Of a DNA stretch of 64,000 nucleotides, positions 26,028 through 39,924 are shown piece after piece (positions within the stretch are counted from its first letter, which is position 1; each line of letters begins with the position of its first letter). Under the pieces are notes generated by a model. That model saw only the letters and a list, made by a program, of their open reading frames with translations. It was not told where the DNA came from and made no database searches. The DNA lies in contig NC_090417.1 of the NCBI RefSeq assembly GCF_036365525.1, positions 62,001-126,000 of the forward strand, read 5' to 3'. This stretch comes from Heterodontus francisci. Lineage: Eukaryota. Position numbers and translations under genes: made by a program.

Positions 26028-26189
26028 AGCTCTAGCTGTTTTCACGACAAAAATGTAAAAAATGGATCTATTTATTTGAAAAGAACCAGCGGTTGTAAAC
26101 TGGGTTGTTCCTCATCCTCGCCAGGGCTCCGTAACTGGAGAGGAGAAATGTTCCATTGGGTTCTTCTTGCAGACCAGCTTGTTAAAAAA

Positions 26190-27524
26190 GTCGCACTGTC
26201 AGTTTCACAGCTGAGATTGGGAACAGCGGTTTCCCAACATCGGACAGATTCGGGGTTTTCTGGCCAGCTTTAAAAAAAAAATTGTCCGGGAAAACCCCGA
26301 ATCTGTCCGAAGTTCAGAAACTGCTGTTCCCAATGTCAGCACCTGTCAGCTGTGAAACTGACAGCGCCATTTAAAAAAAAATTGACCAACCAACTGCTGA
26401 GTGTTCCCGCTCTCTGCAACTGTCAGAGAGACAGAGAGAAAGAGAGGGGACAGAGAGAGAGGGGACAGAGAGAGGGGGGGGGGGTCAGAGAAAGAGAGAG
26501 ATGGAGATAGAGAGGGAGATGGAGCCAGAAAGAGAAAGACAGAGAAGGACGGGGTGTGGGGAGGGGGGCAGAGAGATATCGGGAAAGAGAGAGAGGGGGA
26601 CAGAGAGGAGGAAGGGATGGGGGGGGGGACATAGAGAGAGAGAGAGAGAGATAGACAGATGGGGCTAGAGTGAGAGAGGGACAGAGAGAGGGGGAGGCCA
26701 GAGAAAGAGAAAAAGGGGAACAGAGAGGGGGTACAGAGAAAGAGAGAGAAGGGGACAGAGAGGGGACAGTCAGAGAGAGATGGGGGGAGAGAGAAAGAGA
26801 GGGGGGGCACAGGGAGAGGGGGGAGAGAGAGAAGGCACAGAGAGAGAGGGAGGAGAGAGAGAGATTGGGCCAGAGAAAGGGGGCCAGAGAGAGAGAGAGA
26901 GAGAGGCACAGAGAGGGGGTACAGGGAGGAGGGACAGAGAATAGGGAAAGAGAGGAGGAGGGACAGGAAGTGGGTGGGACAGAGAGGGGGGAACAGAGAG
27001 AGATAGAGGGGACAAAGAGAGAGAGAAAGGCACAGAGAGAGAGGGGAGGGGGAGGAACAGAGAGAGGGGAGACAGAGAGAGGGACGAGGGGGACAGAGAG
27101 AGGGGCAGAGCAAGGGGATAGAGACAGAGAGACAAAGAGAGAAGGGGGACAGAGAGAGAGAGAGGGGGGGGGGACAGAGGGAGAGAGAAAGAGGTAGAGG
27201 GAGTGATCAAAATCACTCCTGACAGATGGACATCTATCCGGAATACTCTGCATCGCTACAAGTGTGTGGGCAAACATTGTGAAAGAAAAAAGAATGCCAG
27301 GTATCTCACTAAATCAGCGTCCAACATAGTGACAAGAAAGTAAGTCAATAAATTAATCTTCTCATTTAAAGCTTCTTCACAAAAATGCTCATTTGTTGTT
27401 GTTTTGATTAATAGTAAGATAAATTTTTTATGCCTTTATCATTCTGAAATTGTCTCACTAACTCCCTATATAAGACAAAAATTGTAATGTGGCCCCCACA
27501 CGTGAAAAGATTGGACAACCCTTG
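26190..27524. mobile_element. Probable non-autonomous hAT (Charlie/MER30-like) element with internal palindrome and GA tract
   Basis: Right end aatgtggccccc...aaaagattggacaacccttg resembles a hAT-Charlie terminus. No left TIR found, so the extent is uncertain. Confidence 0.45.
26425..27203. repeat. Purine-rich (GA/GGGACAGAGA) low-complexity tract
   Basis: About 780 bp of almost pure purine on +. Confidence 0.95.
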
Positions 27525-28626
27525 GTTAGACTAATGGCACTCACTGTTATTTAAGCACAAATCGGACAGCAACTTCAGGCGAGCACAGATGCGCAGTACG
27601 AAGTGAAAATCCAGAGCTTTCTGACCACGCTCGCTTCACTCCTGCGCAAGAGCAGCATCTTGCCATCTGACTGCCCATTCATATGTATTAAACGCCATTA
27701 CACTCCTGCACTTGGATAGTCGATACGGACTAATCTAGCCCCAGAAAGTTAGAGCATGCCCATTCCAGTCTAAGTACCCTTTTAACAGTGTGGTAAGTCT
27801 TAATTACTGCCAAACAAACCCTCTGGCACTGAAAAATAACTTTTACAAGTGTGGATTCTCATTCCTTAATCGATGTTGGGGCTTTCAAAAAAAAAGGTAA
27901 TTATTTTTAACATTACATTTAATTTTTGTCCTTTTGTCTCTTAATCCCATCTTTCTTTCCTGATCTTTATTTCTTTTTAGCTGATTGGACGTTGAATTCA
28001 CTATTCCAATTGACACTTCCTAGTTCCGGGGCTGTGTTGTTAATTTAACAACACTTCAATTACTTTAACTAAGTAGGCACCCAGTTGTGCACCCCATTCG
28101 TCCCAGCTGCCCTGTAGAGGGAGCCGCGCGGTTTGGATGTCTAACTTACAGCCAGCTCTGAAGCAAAAGCTCAGAGAAATGAAGCGGTCGAGGGCAAGTC
28201 TAGGGGTCACTGTTTAAAAATAAGGGGTCGCCCATTTAGACAGAGATGTGGGGAATTCTTTTCTCTCAGAGGGTTGAGAGTCTTTGGAACTCTCTTCCTC
28301 AAGTGCACACAGCTCAGCCAGAACTCACGCGTCAGGTGTTGGTGGCGCCCAGTGTAATATGGACTGTTTAAAACCCTTCGGTCGCAAATCTGTCCCAAAG
28401 CATCAAGCCAGTGTTACTGAAGCCCTGACTCTGTTGAGAGCCACTCAGGAGATAATGGGGAAGGGGGCAGGTGGGTCTCCAGCCCTTACCTTCTCAAAGC
28501 AATCTCAGTCTTTTGATCCCAAGGCAACCTCAAAGTAATTGCACTGTAATTGTCCAAAAAAAATCAAAGCTGACCGCAAAAAAAAAAAAGCAACTTAGAA
28601 AGCGCACTCTTCAATTTGTGGTAATG

Positions 28627-28757
28627 AAAGCAAAATCCTGCGGATGCTGGAATTCTGAAACACAAACAGGAAATGCTGGAAATACTCAGCAGGTCTGGTA
28701 GCATCTGTGGAGAGAGAAGCAAGAGATAACGTTTCAGGTCAGTGACCCATCAGAACC
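28627..28757 (-). mobile_element. Penelope family 1 3'-end fragment with decayed hammerhead motif
   Basis: Matches 15909-16042; minus strand GGUU-CUGAUG-GGUCA c UGACC-UGAAACGUU. Confidence 0.8.
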
Positions 28758-29059
28758 CTTGTATTTGTGGTCATCTGTCAGTAATAGGTGTGTTCATCTT
28801 TAAAAGTTTATTTAAAATGCAGTAGTACTTCATTTAGCAATGGGGACCTTGTGTGTACAATCTCGTGGGGGCTTTTCGCCTCTACCAGGAAATGATATGG
28901 CTGCAGGAAGGAAGTCTCGAGTTAGGATGGTTTGGCTGCTACCAGGAGCATTGGAGAAGTTTGATTTTTCCTGCCTGTCATTTTGTTATGTGCTATTAAA
29001 TTCTGTATTCTAAAATCCCCCCAGTGATTATTGTCAACAGTACCCTGCATTCTTTCTTT

Positions 29060-30360
29060 TCATCTAACAGTCGTATTCCCTTTTGAATGTTTCCTGAAGT
29101 GTGGTACCCAGAATTGGACGCAATACTCCAGCTGAGGCCAAAGTAGTGGTTCAACATAACTTCCTTGCTCTTGCACTCTTATGCCCCGATTAACAAAGCC
29201 CTGGATACTGTATGCTTTATTTTGATTCCCTTTTATGTTAACTGCCTTCCTCTTCTCATATTCTCTTTCTTGCTTTTAATTCTTTTCATTTCTTCTCTGA
29301 ACCCTCGATATTCAGCCTTATTCTCACTTATATATTATCAACCTGACAACTGTCATACGCACCCTTTTCTGCTTCATCTTACTCTCTACTTCTTGTGTCA
29401 TTTGGGAGCTCTAGTTTTGTTTGTCTGACCTTTCCCCCTTGGTGGGAATGTCCCTCGACTGCACCCGAACCATCTCCTCTTTAAAGGCAGCCCATTGTTC
29501 AATTACAGTTCTGCCCGTCAATCTACCTGGGCCAGATCTGATCTCATACCACTGAAATTACCCCCCCCCCCCCCCCTCCCCCAATTACTCTGGATTGCTC
29601 TTTGTCCTTTTCCATAGCTAACCTAAACCTTATGATATTATGATCACTGTTTCCTAAATGTTCTCCGACTGACACTTGATTCACTTCATCCACCTCATTC
29701 CCCAGAACCAGGTCCATCAATGCCTCCTTCCTTGTTTGACTGGAAACATACCGTTCTGGGAAAATCTCCTGAACAGACCTCAGAAACTCTTCCTCCTCTC
29801 TGCACTTTACACTACTGCTATCCCTGTCTATATTAGGATCATTAAAGTCCCCCATTATAACTACTCTATAATTCCTACACCCCTCTAATTTCCTTGCAAA
29901 TTTCTTCCTCTATATCTTTCCTGCTAGTTGATGGCCTATAGAATACACAGTAGTGTAATGACATTTCTATTATTTCTTAGCTCGAACCAAATAGATTCTG
30001 TCCTTGACTCCTCTCAGACATTCTCTCTCTCCAGCACTGTAATATCCTCGCTAATCAATACTGCAACCCCTCCTCCTTTCTTTCCTTCCTTAACTTTTCT
30101 GAAGACCCTTGTATTCAGGAATATTTAGTACCCAGCCAGGTACTTGGTTTGAGCCAGGTCTCTTGTGATATCATATGCCCGTGTGGCTATCTGCATCTCA
30201 CCAACCTTATTTACCACACTCTGTGCGTTCACATACATACTCCACTTAAATATTTTACCATTTCTTACTCCCGTGCTCTGTTGCTCCAATATCTTTGTGC
30301 AACTTGTTTTTACTCTCTAATATGTTACCTCCTGACAAGTTAGTTTGAACCCTCTACTAG
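29060..30360 (-). mobile_element. CR1 LINE fragments (endonuclease region)
   Basis: MGDFNDPNID...LMDLVLGNE...LGNSDHNII (APE endonuclease motifs). Confidence 0.85.
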
Positions 30361-30999
30361 CAAACTGCACTAGCGTCCCACCACCCTAATTCATCTTACC
30401 CCAGCAGCACATCCTTCTAGTCCTGTCTCCCTCACGTGTTTATCCAGCTTCATAATTTTATTCGGTCACCCCCCTCAGCCTTTTCATTTCTCGAGAAAGA
30501 AATAAGTCTCCCACCCCGTTCAGCCTTTCCTGATAGAAAAATCTTTCTTGTCGCACCCCAAGGTGCTTTACAGCAGCGTTATCTAACTAAATTTGACACC
30601 GAGCCACAGAGAGAGATATTGGGACAGACCTAGGGGCTGCCCATAATCCATTTCATTCCAGCCTCCCATCCTCTATTGAATTGCTAGCAGTTGCATGCAA
30701 ATGCACTCCTGTTGCATCGGGGCGATAGCACCACCTTGGTGCTTGCCCGTTGCTGCCGACTAACTACGGACTTGACATCACGATGTGGGATTTGCGGGCG
30801 GATGCATCCGGCGTTATCCGCCGGCTCCCCCACCCCTCGATTCCCAATGCAAGCAGGATGAAAGACTGCCCGGTGTTTTTGGTCGTGGTTAAAACCTGCC
30901 ACCTTGTGGTGGCACTGAGAACTGCCCGGAATCAGAAACAATACCAACCGATAATATCGAGCATTGAGTCGATTAAGTTGATCTAATTAATGGCGGAGC

Positions 31000-31320
31000 C
31001 CTGCAACCCTCCGAGGTCTCTGCGCTTCTCCAATTCTGGCCTCTTTGCGCATTCCTGATTTTAATCATTAGCAGCTATGCCCTCAGCTTCCTGGGCCCCC
31101 AAGCTCTAGCATTCCATTCCCAGTCCTCCCCAGCTCCCTTTCCTCCTTTAAGACGATCCCTTAAAAGCTACGTCGGACAAGCTTTTGGGCATCGGCCCTA
31201 ATATCTCCTTATGTGGCTCGGTGTCCAATTTTGTTTGGCAACACTACTGCAAAGTGCCTTGGGATGTTTTACTCTGTTGAAAAGCCATTTTAAAAGGTGC
31301 TATATTAGTTGTTGTGGTCT
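31000..31320 (+). mobile_element. L2-like LINE 3' tail
   Basis: ctccaattctggcctc...aagctctagcattcc...aaaggtgctatattagttgttg; similar to 61830-62182. Confidence 0.7.
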
Positions 31321-34300
31321 GGCACAAATTTTACTCGAGATAAAAAATAAGGGGGGGGGGGGGGAAGAGAACATGTTGGGTAGTGTGATCCCAGTTCCTT
31401 GTGCACATGAAGCCAGAGTATAAAACTAATTAAATTAACAATGTTACTTAGAGTCAGAAAGATGGCTGATGTCGCAGACATTGCTTCAGTACTGGCTGTT
31501 TTCAGAGGTCATGCCTGAAGTACATTCTTGGGACAGAATTATAACTTCACTCTGCACTTAATTTAGAAGTGTTTGTTGGCAACTCTGAATGCCCCAAATA
31601 CAAAAGTATTCAAATCCCCATCATTAACAATCCGGAGAAACGCAACAGTTTGAACTTGCGAGAACGGATTTCTTCCTCAGGTTGTGTCTCAGTAACGGGA
31701 GCCGCGAATCCAGAGGGCACTTGGCGACAAATAAAAAAACACTGCAGCTTCTAGGAAGGAACAAATGCAGAGCAGCGGCATGTGTTTGACTGCAGAAATC
31801 TAATTCATATTGATGGCAATTTTTTCCTCTGCTAACTTTTCTTCCCACCTGCCAGTTTCATTTTGAAGGAACCAGGAGCCTTCCTGCTTTATGGCTTTAA
31901 CTACTCAGTGCCATAAATAAGAGCCATTGGGGGAAACTGCTTGTGATGTTTTATAATGATAGAAGGAACACTATAATGTGAGTTATTATACTTAACCATA
32001 CCACTACCTAGGAACTCATAAGGAGGGGACAAATACAGACGCATAGGGAGGGAACATAGGTAGGCTCTCTCAGCACTTTGCCAAACGGGCGGCAAAGTTT
32101 TTTTAGCTTGAAGTTTCCGAGTGGTTTCAGCTCCTAATGTGGAATAGGCATGAGTTTATACCACCGACAAATCATTTATACATTTTCTAAATATAAAGCC
32201 GACAAGTAGGCCAATCAAAATAATTTAATACGCTACTAATGACCCCACTAGCAAGTTTGTCAAGAGCCTGTAATAGATTTCCACTTTACCATAGTACTTC
32301 TGAGTGTTTTAACAGACTTCAGTTGGAATGAATCATGCATGGAATGAGAATCGTGTTGTCAGTACATAAATACTGCTAGCTCTCCTTTTTAGAAGTTTTT
32401 ATCTAAACTTTGCTTGACGGAGGTTTATGGAAGGCGAATTCCCTTACCTGGTGAACATCCTGACTAATGTTTCCCCGTCCTGAACTGAGGAGTGTTCACC
32501 AAAGTTAATTGCTGCCCCCGCTAACACTACAGGTTGGAATCCGCTGCTTTGCATAGCTTCATACATTTGGCATCACAATGGAGGCATTTTTGTGCTCTTA
32601 AATTCAGCCATTGTGGAAGTCAGTAATGCTGAAGCTACTGCTCATTTTATCCCAACTAAGTGAAGCCATGGTCGCTGGAGTCATAAGAGTTATACAGCAC
32701 AGAAACAGGCCCTTCGGCCCATCCTCTCTGTGCCATAAACATCATAATCTAGTGGATTCCTAGTCGCAAAGTTTACAGAAAAGTGCCATGCCTCTCTGGC
32801 TTTGGGCACATCAAGAAACTCTCAATGAACCTTGTCTATTTCTAAGTTTCCGTTCATTTACTACCACTGAACCTCAAGTTATTTTAAAGTACAAACCCCA
32901 CCCACCAGGTTGTAGCTGTCCAAACCGACGCCAAGGATCCAAAGTTTGAAACATCTTTTGACTGCCTATAGAAAGCCCACACATTTGGAAGGAGGAGAGA
33001 AAAACCATGATGTCTCAGATGAATCTTTCGCCAGCTTAAATGCAAAAACAGCTATCAACAAGTCCCTGACTGACCCTGCAAACTGATTTCAGGCAATACA
33101 CAATGACTCTGCTACTCAACCCCATGTAATTTCCTTCCCCATCAGCACACACAGGAACTCTGCTTCAACCCTGCTTTTGAAAGCCTATCAGAAACATTTT
33201 AAATACATGCTCTCTTCAGATAATTTCCAGCTCTCTCTCATGGTTAGGTATGCCTTCACCACGTTCTTTGGCAGGGCATCCCAGGTCCGAACCACTTGCT
33301 GCATAAAATGGGAGAGGGTGGACCATCTCCGCTCTTGAAAGGAGAAAATTTGCAGGGCTGCGAGGAGGAGTGGAGCTGGCATAGACATGACGGGCCAAGT
33401 GGCCTCCTTCTGTGCTGCGACCATTCTATTATTCTATGGCTTTCTGCCACCTCTCCACTGCATGCGACTCATTTAGCTCTCCAATGAAGTACTCTAGAGC
33501 ACTAACATGAGCACAATACTATAATGCATTTTTAATTACAAAAGGTATTTTAAAAAATCAGAAGTAAATTGAAAACTCATTTCAGGCACAGACAAATTGA
33601 TCAGCAGAACCACTAAAGCAAGCAATAAAATTACAGACAATTGAATAGTTTAGAAGAAAGGGATTTTGACAAGGAGAAAACAAGCCCAACCCAAGAAAAA
33701 GTCTTTAAAAAACTCCTGCTTTCTGGGCTAAGTAGAGATGAGGCCATTTGTCCTTCTAACTAACCTTCCTTGGAATTGATCACCCATCAGTTTCTCTCAA
33801 AGTTTCTGTCTCAAAAAGGAAACGGCCAACGCCCATTTGCTCATCCTCAGCTTTAGGTCACCATTTCCAAATCAATTATTTTCAATTACTGCAAAATTTA
33901 CAAGAAAATTATACAGAACATTCTGGATATCAGTGCAGCACTCCAGGAAATCATTCCAACATAGTTACAACTCTCATTACAACACAACTAGGAAAGAGAT
34001 TCACCCTTGCACACAAAAAACTTTAAATGAAGTGCTCAAATGGGTATAATTACGCCACCTTGTCCTCTGATCCAATTTGTGTATCCCACTTATTCAATGA
34101 TGTGTTGCAGTTGTGCCACATCAAACCATTTACAAAGTAGGACAGAATCTGCAACTGTTTACAAATGCACTTATGTAGTTGCTAGAGTTGTGACTTTACT
34201 TATGTAATCTTATCAGGCAGAGATTATAAATGCCAAGAACACCACAATCACATAGCATGGCCTACAGCTATACTTCTATAAAGCCAGAACGAATTGGCAA

Positions 34301-35295
34301 TCCCACCTGCGACTGGGTAAATGCAGCCTGGGCTAGTCATTAAATCATGGGAGAATGTAATCCCCGACAGAAGTTTGCTGTGGGCTCATCTGAAGGGGAA
34401 GAAAAGCAGCTGTTCCACCCCACCTCAGAACCAAGCATTCAGTGTGAAAAGACAATTATATATAGCATTCTGAAGTAGTGGAAATTTTATCTTGCACAGA
34501 GGGTGAGCAAAGTAGCCAACATACTGCATCATTGAGCAGTTAAATGCAGGCTGATGCTTACAATCCTTTACAAGTTTGATAGGTCCTGTCACAAGAGTTG
34601 TTCAGCAGCAGCTGCCATGATAGGCGAGGCAGAGAAGAGCTCATTCACCCAACAGTGGGGGACTTTGTGTAAAACGTTGAGATACTATGCAGGACATCAA
34701 ATTAAAAAGGAGCAGAAGACAACAATTAATGATTAAATGGTGCCAAGTTTGGAGTTCTAAAATAAAAAGCTCGACTATAGAAGGCTGAGCCAAGGAGTTC
34801 TATTAGTTGAGTTGCTGGGAAATCTTTGTCTTTATTTTAGTGAAGTCCATGTATGGTGGTATTTCATATTATGTAAAGATCAGAGTACTAACCATAATAG
34901 TATTGATGAGACAAAGAACAAGTCATTCATCTGGGAAAAGTATGCAGCACAGCAAACAATATCTCAAGAATCGTAGCCTTACCACACAATACAGAAGCAA
35001 AGAATTTCTTGCTACTCAGACCAAGTAACTGATGAAATGAAGTACAGGTTTTAAAATGCAATCAAGACATTAAAACCAAAATACAAATTTATCCCCAAAT
35101 CTTTAGCCATTCAATTCAGTCAGTGTTTTATTGCACTTCAACTAACGTAAGCATTGAAAAGTCAATTATATAAAATTACTTAGAAGGAAAACATTTACTC
35201 CCCAATTGCTTCCAACCTTCCCTAGTAATTACTTCAAACTTCTGAAAGGACACACGGTAAACACAAGATTTTTAAAAAATGGTTTTATGAATTGT

Positions 35296-35301
35296 TTTAT
35301 T
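35296..35301 (-). terminator. Candidate H2AZ2 polyadenylation signal (others at 35453-35458 and 35127-35132)
   Basis: AATAAA on the minus strand downstream of the stop codon. Confidence 0.45.
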
Positions 35302-35563
35302 GTATAAAACACACTTACGTAACCTAGCTGTTGACAAACTGCTGTATTTTCTAGTTACATTTTCATACAGCTTCAAATCTAAACTGTAGGACATACAAAC
35401 AGGTCTCTCGGATATATTGAACACTAAAGTAATCTCCTAAAACTCTTCCCATTTTATTTTAACTACTCTTTTTAAAAAAAATATGCCAAGTATCCCCAGG
35501 TTTTTTTCTGTCCAAATTACAGTACGACAGTAGGGAGGAAGAGGGTAGGTTCAAAACTGGGCT

Positions 35564-35625
35564 TTATGCAGTTTTCTGCTGTCCCTTCTTCCCAATCAGA
35601 GACTTATGGATGTGAGGGATCACAC
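35564..35625 (-). CDS. H2AZ2: Histone H2A.Z.2 exon 5
   Basis: tttctcttgcag|GT GTG ATC...: (G)[19 protein letters not shown]. Confidence 0.97.
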
Positions 35626-37897
35626 CTGCAAGAGAAAGCCAAAATAAAAGGTGCAAATCCAACATCTCAAAATAGCTTCAAGTATATACAGTTTCATGCA
35701 AAATGCAGCCCTCAACTCCTCTCTCCTCACACCCCCAATAAACTTCATGATCATTCTAGGAGATGGGAATGTTCCCCACAGCTTTAAAAGGCCAACATAC
35801 AGCAGTTAAAACTTTACACAATGGGAAATAAACAATTATGATGGAAACAGCAATCAGATACAAGCTTACAAAATTACGATCTAATATTTTATATACAATG
35901 AGTCCCACTGTCCAACCGATACTAGTTAAAATCAAGTACCTTCCATACATTTGAAACATTTCCGTTGATTGAGAACTTCAGGTTGAAGATTGCTTGAACA
36001 GGATTTACAAACTAGCTAAGAGTCTTTGCTATATTTCGATCATTAACACTCAAGAAAAGGGAAAAAATAATTCTGCTAAAATTATTTGGGAGAAGACAAT
36101 TCAAAGAGCTTCAAATATAAAAAGCTGGGACACCTTAATGACTCATAATATGTCATTTCTTGCCTCACTAAGGCCTGCTTTTTTCTTTACAATTACTCTC
36201 TTCAGCTCCTCCATGACCTATTTTATAGGAAAAGGCCTTCTGTATCCCAGAGGAATGCCACTGCAGATTGGAATTCCCAGGAACTGATGGATTTGCTCTA
36301 ATAGATGAGCAAACCTTTTTTGTGATAGGTCACTGATGGTGCGGACGGCCAGGAAAGAGGAAGCCAAGTTAAGAAACCTGAATAAGTGTTTGTGCAGCTA
36401 CTAAAAAGTTAATATTTCACATTTTAAAAATCTTTCAAAAACTTCCAAGATACCATCGTGCTGGGTATAAGTTCCACAGCTAGTACCTAACCCAGGCAGT
36501 CACACTTCATGAAAAGTTTAGAATATTAGCATGCTATTCATTTAGAATAGGCATTAAAACAGAGCCTAATTTTGTCCTCAATGGACATTCAAGTGTATTT
36601 TTCATAAGAGATAACATTCAGAAGTAGGGACTCTAATGATTTCCCTCCCTGACAAAATACGTCTTCCACCAGCAACAGGTACAAAAAACAAAATCAGCAA
36701 ATGGTCTTTATAGTACTTCTCCAAAGGAAGTTGGTTTACCAGCTCCTCAAACAAATGTTCTCTCCACTTTCCTTCTTTAAATAAAGGTGTCCTTTTAATA
36801 TTGCAATTATAATGCATATTAAGCACATTATATCTACACACCAAATGGAAGATGAGGTAAACAAAGCTCCAGGTTGAATCCATTGGTCAGGGCAGCCATT
36901 CCTTTAGATAAAGTAATACCTTGCTAGAGATAGGTGTACAGATCAAGCTGGACTGGAGTGCTCTCACCATTCATGACACTCACTGACATTCAAGACTGGG
37001 CAACCAGCACTCTTTAAAAACACATCCAACACAAGTCAACTTAAAGAGAAGAGATATCGGAAAAAACAATATCACTGCACCCAATTACCACTCAGCAGCC
37101 AGTATGCATACCTTCATGACAAAAAAACATTAACCTGAGCTAATGTAAATTTCTTCTTTCAGTGCAGAGATAGATATCTGAATCTTCACTGAATTTCTAA
37201 TGCAGGATTTTCTGATGTAAAAGCATGGATGAAAAGTAACCAATGCACAATAGCCATGATATATATCCAAAGCAGAGAGATGAACAGCATGCATAATCTT
37301 CATCAAGTTTCTAATCTAACAGACCATCTACTTGATATCGCATTTGGAGTTATTAAAAAAATGCACCCACCACTTTAGCATGAGGCCAGCTCAAGAGCTA
37401 CTCAAATGGCTATTCATTTGTCGAAGTGCACCATACTCAAGAATACACAAAAAAACTCTTCATGCAGGTAGTGCACTGGGTTTAAGAACATTCTACAATT
37501 TAGGTCAGTCAATAAATTTAGACCAGGTTGATGTTAAATTCAAAGAATATTTTTCACCAATGAGTCAACTGTATAATTCCCGATGTAGGTAAAAGTAAAA
37601 ATAAAATCAGCATAATTAACATGGTCAATAACAGACTACAGATGAAATGTTAATAATGCAAATACGGTCATATTAAGATAATGAAGATTATGAGTTAACT
37701 ATTAGACTCCAAAGTTCCAGCATCACCTTAAGTTTGCTCCCACTTACAGAAAATTCACAGATGTTATGACTTTCCCTTAAATTGCTCAGGCAGTTCCGCC
37801 AACATTAAATACTTAAAAGCACGTGTTCATCTCAGCTCGATTCACACACCAGCAGTTGCCCTGAAAAACACTCTCTCGGTACAAAGTTGACACATAC

Positions 37898-38027
37898 CAC
37901 CACCAGCAATGGTTGCCTTGATCAGCGAATCCAGCTCCTCATCACCTCTGATGGCCAACTGCAAGTGACGTGGCGTGATGCGCTTTACTTTCAGGTCCTT
38001 CGATGCATTTCCTGCCAACTCCAACAC
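37898..38027 (-). CDS. H2AZ2: Histone H2A.Z.2 exon 4
   Basis: [43 protein letters not shown](G); acceptor tag|, donor |gtatgt. Confidence 0.97.
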
Positions 38028-38394
38028 CTATGGAATAGCAAGTTAGCAAGGTAGCTTTCACAGTTTTTAAAAAATCTGTTCAGAAGCTAAGTAAAGCTAA
38101 AATAAAAGCATCTATATAGCAAAATAACAATTCCAACAGCAATAGCATTTGTTTTTGCAACACAGGTTTTGCTGCAAACATAGGGTGTTTACCAGGCTGA
38201 GCTCCCCAGATTTCCAGGTTTCAGGAGTAGCTGGGAGAATGAAGGCTGAGGAAATAAAACCAACACTCCGCCAACATCTTCAAACTCGACAACCCTCCAT
38301 AGCCTCACCCAACCCTACTACTTCAGTGACTCCTCGCAAGCATAAAGTTCTCCAGTCCAGGCAATATCCTCAAATCTCCTCTGCACTTTCTCTC

Positions 38395-38770
38395 ATGCAA
38401 TATTTTCCTATAGTGTAGTGACCAGAAATGCATACAGTACTCCAGCTGTGGCCTAACCAGTGTTTTATACAGTTCCAGCATAAACTCAGTTCTTATATGC
38501 TATGCCTTGGCCAATAAAGGCAAGTATCCCCAGAGCCTTTTGTCCAGCCACCTTCAAGAATCTGTGGGCATGCACTCCAAGGCTCTTATACACTTCAGTA
38601 TCCTACCTATTCCCTTGCCTTGTTAGCCTTCCCCAAATGCAATAACACTTTTCCAGACTGACCTCCATTTGCCACTATTCCAGCCACCTGATAAGTGCAG
38701 ACTGTAGAAAGCTTTCTTCTTTGATCACCACATGGCCAATTTCGGATCGTACCCCTACATTCAAGTCCAA
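38395..38770 (-). mobile_element. Decayed CR1 fragment in H2AZ2 intron 3
   Basis: tgaccagaaatgcatacagtactccagctgtggcctaacc is the reverse complement of the VRPQLEYC region. Confidence 0.7.
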
Positions 38771-39137
38771 ACCACTGATATATGCTGCTTTCTGGAATTT
38801 CCTGCCAAGATATTTCTGCATCATATCCTACGCAGTTCTTGAAAATCTCTCCTCTACAACCTTTAATCCCTTACCCGAACTACATCCATTTCTCCCTGCT
38901 CCTCAGCAGACACTATTCGCTGCTTTCACTGTAAACTGCTTTTAAGTCTTCCTGCATATGAAGAATGCTATAGAAATAAATGCAAGTTTGTGTGCAAAAG
39001 TCCAAGTACTTTACATCAGGGTAATCAGGAATGTCAAAAATTAAATAGGCAGATATTTTGTTGCCTTGATTTCATTCACACGCTTCTCAATTAAACCAAA
39101 AATATGCAGTTTTTGAAAAAGAAACTCCATCACCTAC

Positions 39138-39251
39138 CTCAGCAGTGAGATACTCAAGGATAGCTGCACTGTACACGGCAGCTGTGGCACCTACACGTCC
39201 ATGGCTAGTGGTACGAGTCTTCAAATGCCTATGAATGCGACCTACAGGAAA
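39138..39251 (-). CDS. H2AZ2: Histone H2A.Z.2 exon 3
   Basis: [38 protein letters not shown]; acceptor ttcttctag|, donor |gtaggt. Confidence 0.97.
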
Positions 39252-39924
39252 CTAGAAGAAAGCTTTCACTTGGTATTCTGTCACGCTAGTCAAAAGACAC
39301 AAGAGTGTACACCTCCTAAGCAAGGAATACACCATCCACTGGTACTTGTCACTGTTACACAGGTCTTCCAGTTCAAATGTTGCATATCAAGCTATGGTCT
39401 AAGATTTTTTTTTTTTTTTAAAAAGCACAAGTCTTTCAAAAACTGGCTGCTAAATTTCACCTAGTTTCTCCAACTGCCTCATTGTCAAACTCCAAGATTC
39501 TCTCCTGGGGATCATAACTCTGGCTGGAATAATTGTTCCATAGGCAGCAATACTGAATCCTAGCCAATGAATTTGAACTGTCAACAGAAATACCAGCGAA
39601 CAGCCTCCCCTTTTCCATTTAAAGACGATTTTGCCTCAAATCCAAGTCAAAAATGCAAAATAAATTTCTGCAGGCATTGTAATTGATTTTGACTGTTGCA
39701 TTTTAACTTCAAGATTTTACAGAAGTTGGCTTCACAAAGGTTTGCCACTTTCATTGCTTTGAGTAACCCAAAAAGGTACACAAAAAAAATCATAGTTTAA
39801 AAACATTAGATGGAAATGTTATTTAACAATCTTTCAATGGTCTTTCTTTCTATGCAAACCCCTTTATATTTCTGCACAGCATTTAGTCCATTTTCACTAA
39901 AAAAAGGTCTCAGCTATAATATCA

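Noticed and set aside
26346-27277. Leu/Ser/Pro-rich and Glu/Arg-rich ORFs
   Set aside because: Artefacts of the GA low-complexity tract.
37842-37897. Alternative H2A.Z C-terminus ([20 protein letters not shown]) analogous to H2A.Z.2.2
   Set aside because: Simple read-through past a canonical GTATGT donor; the canonical exon 5 is present and I found no EKRRCS-type alternative exon.
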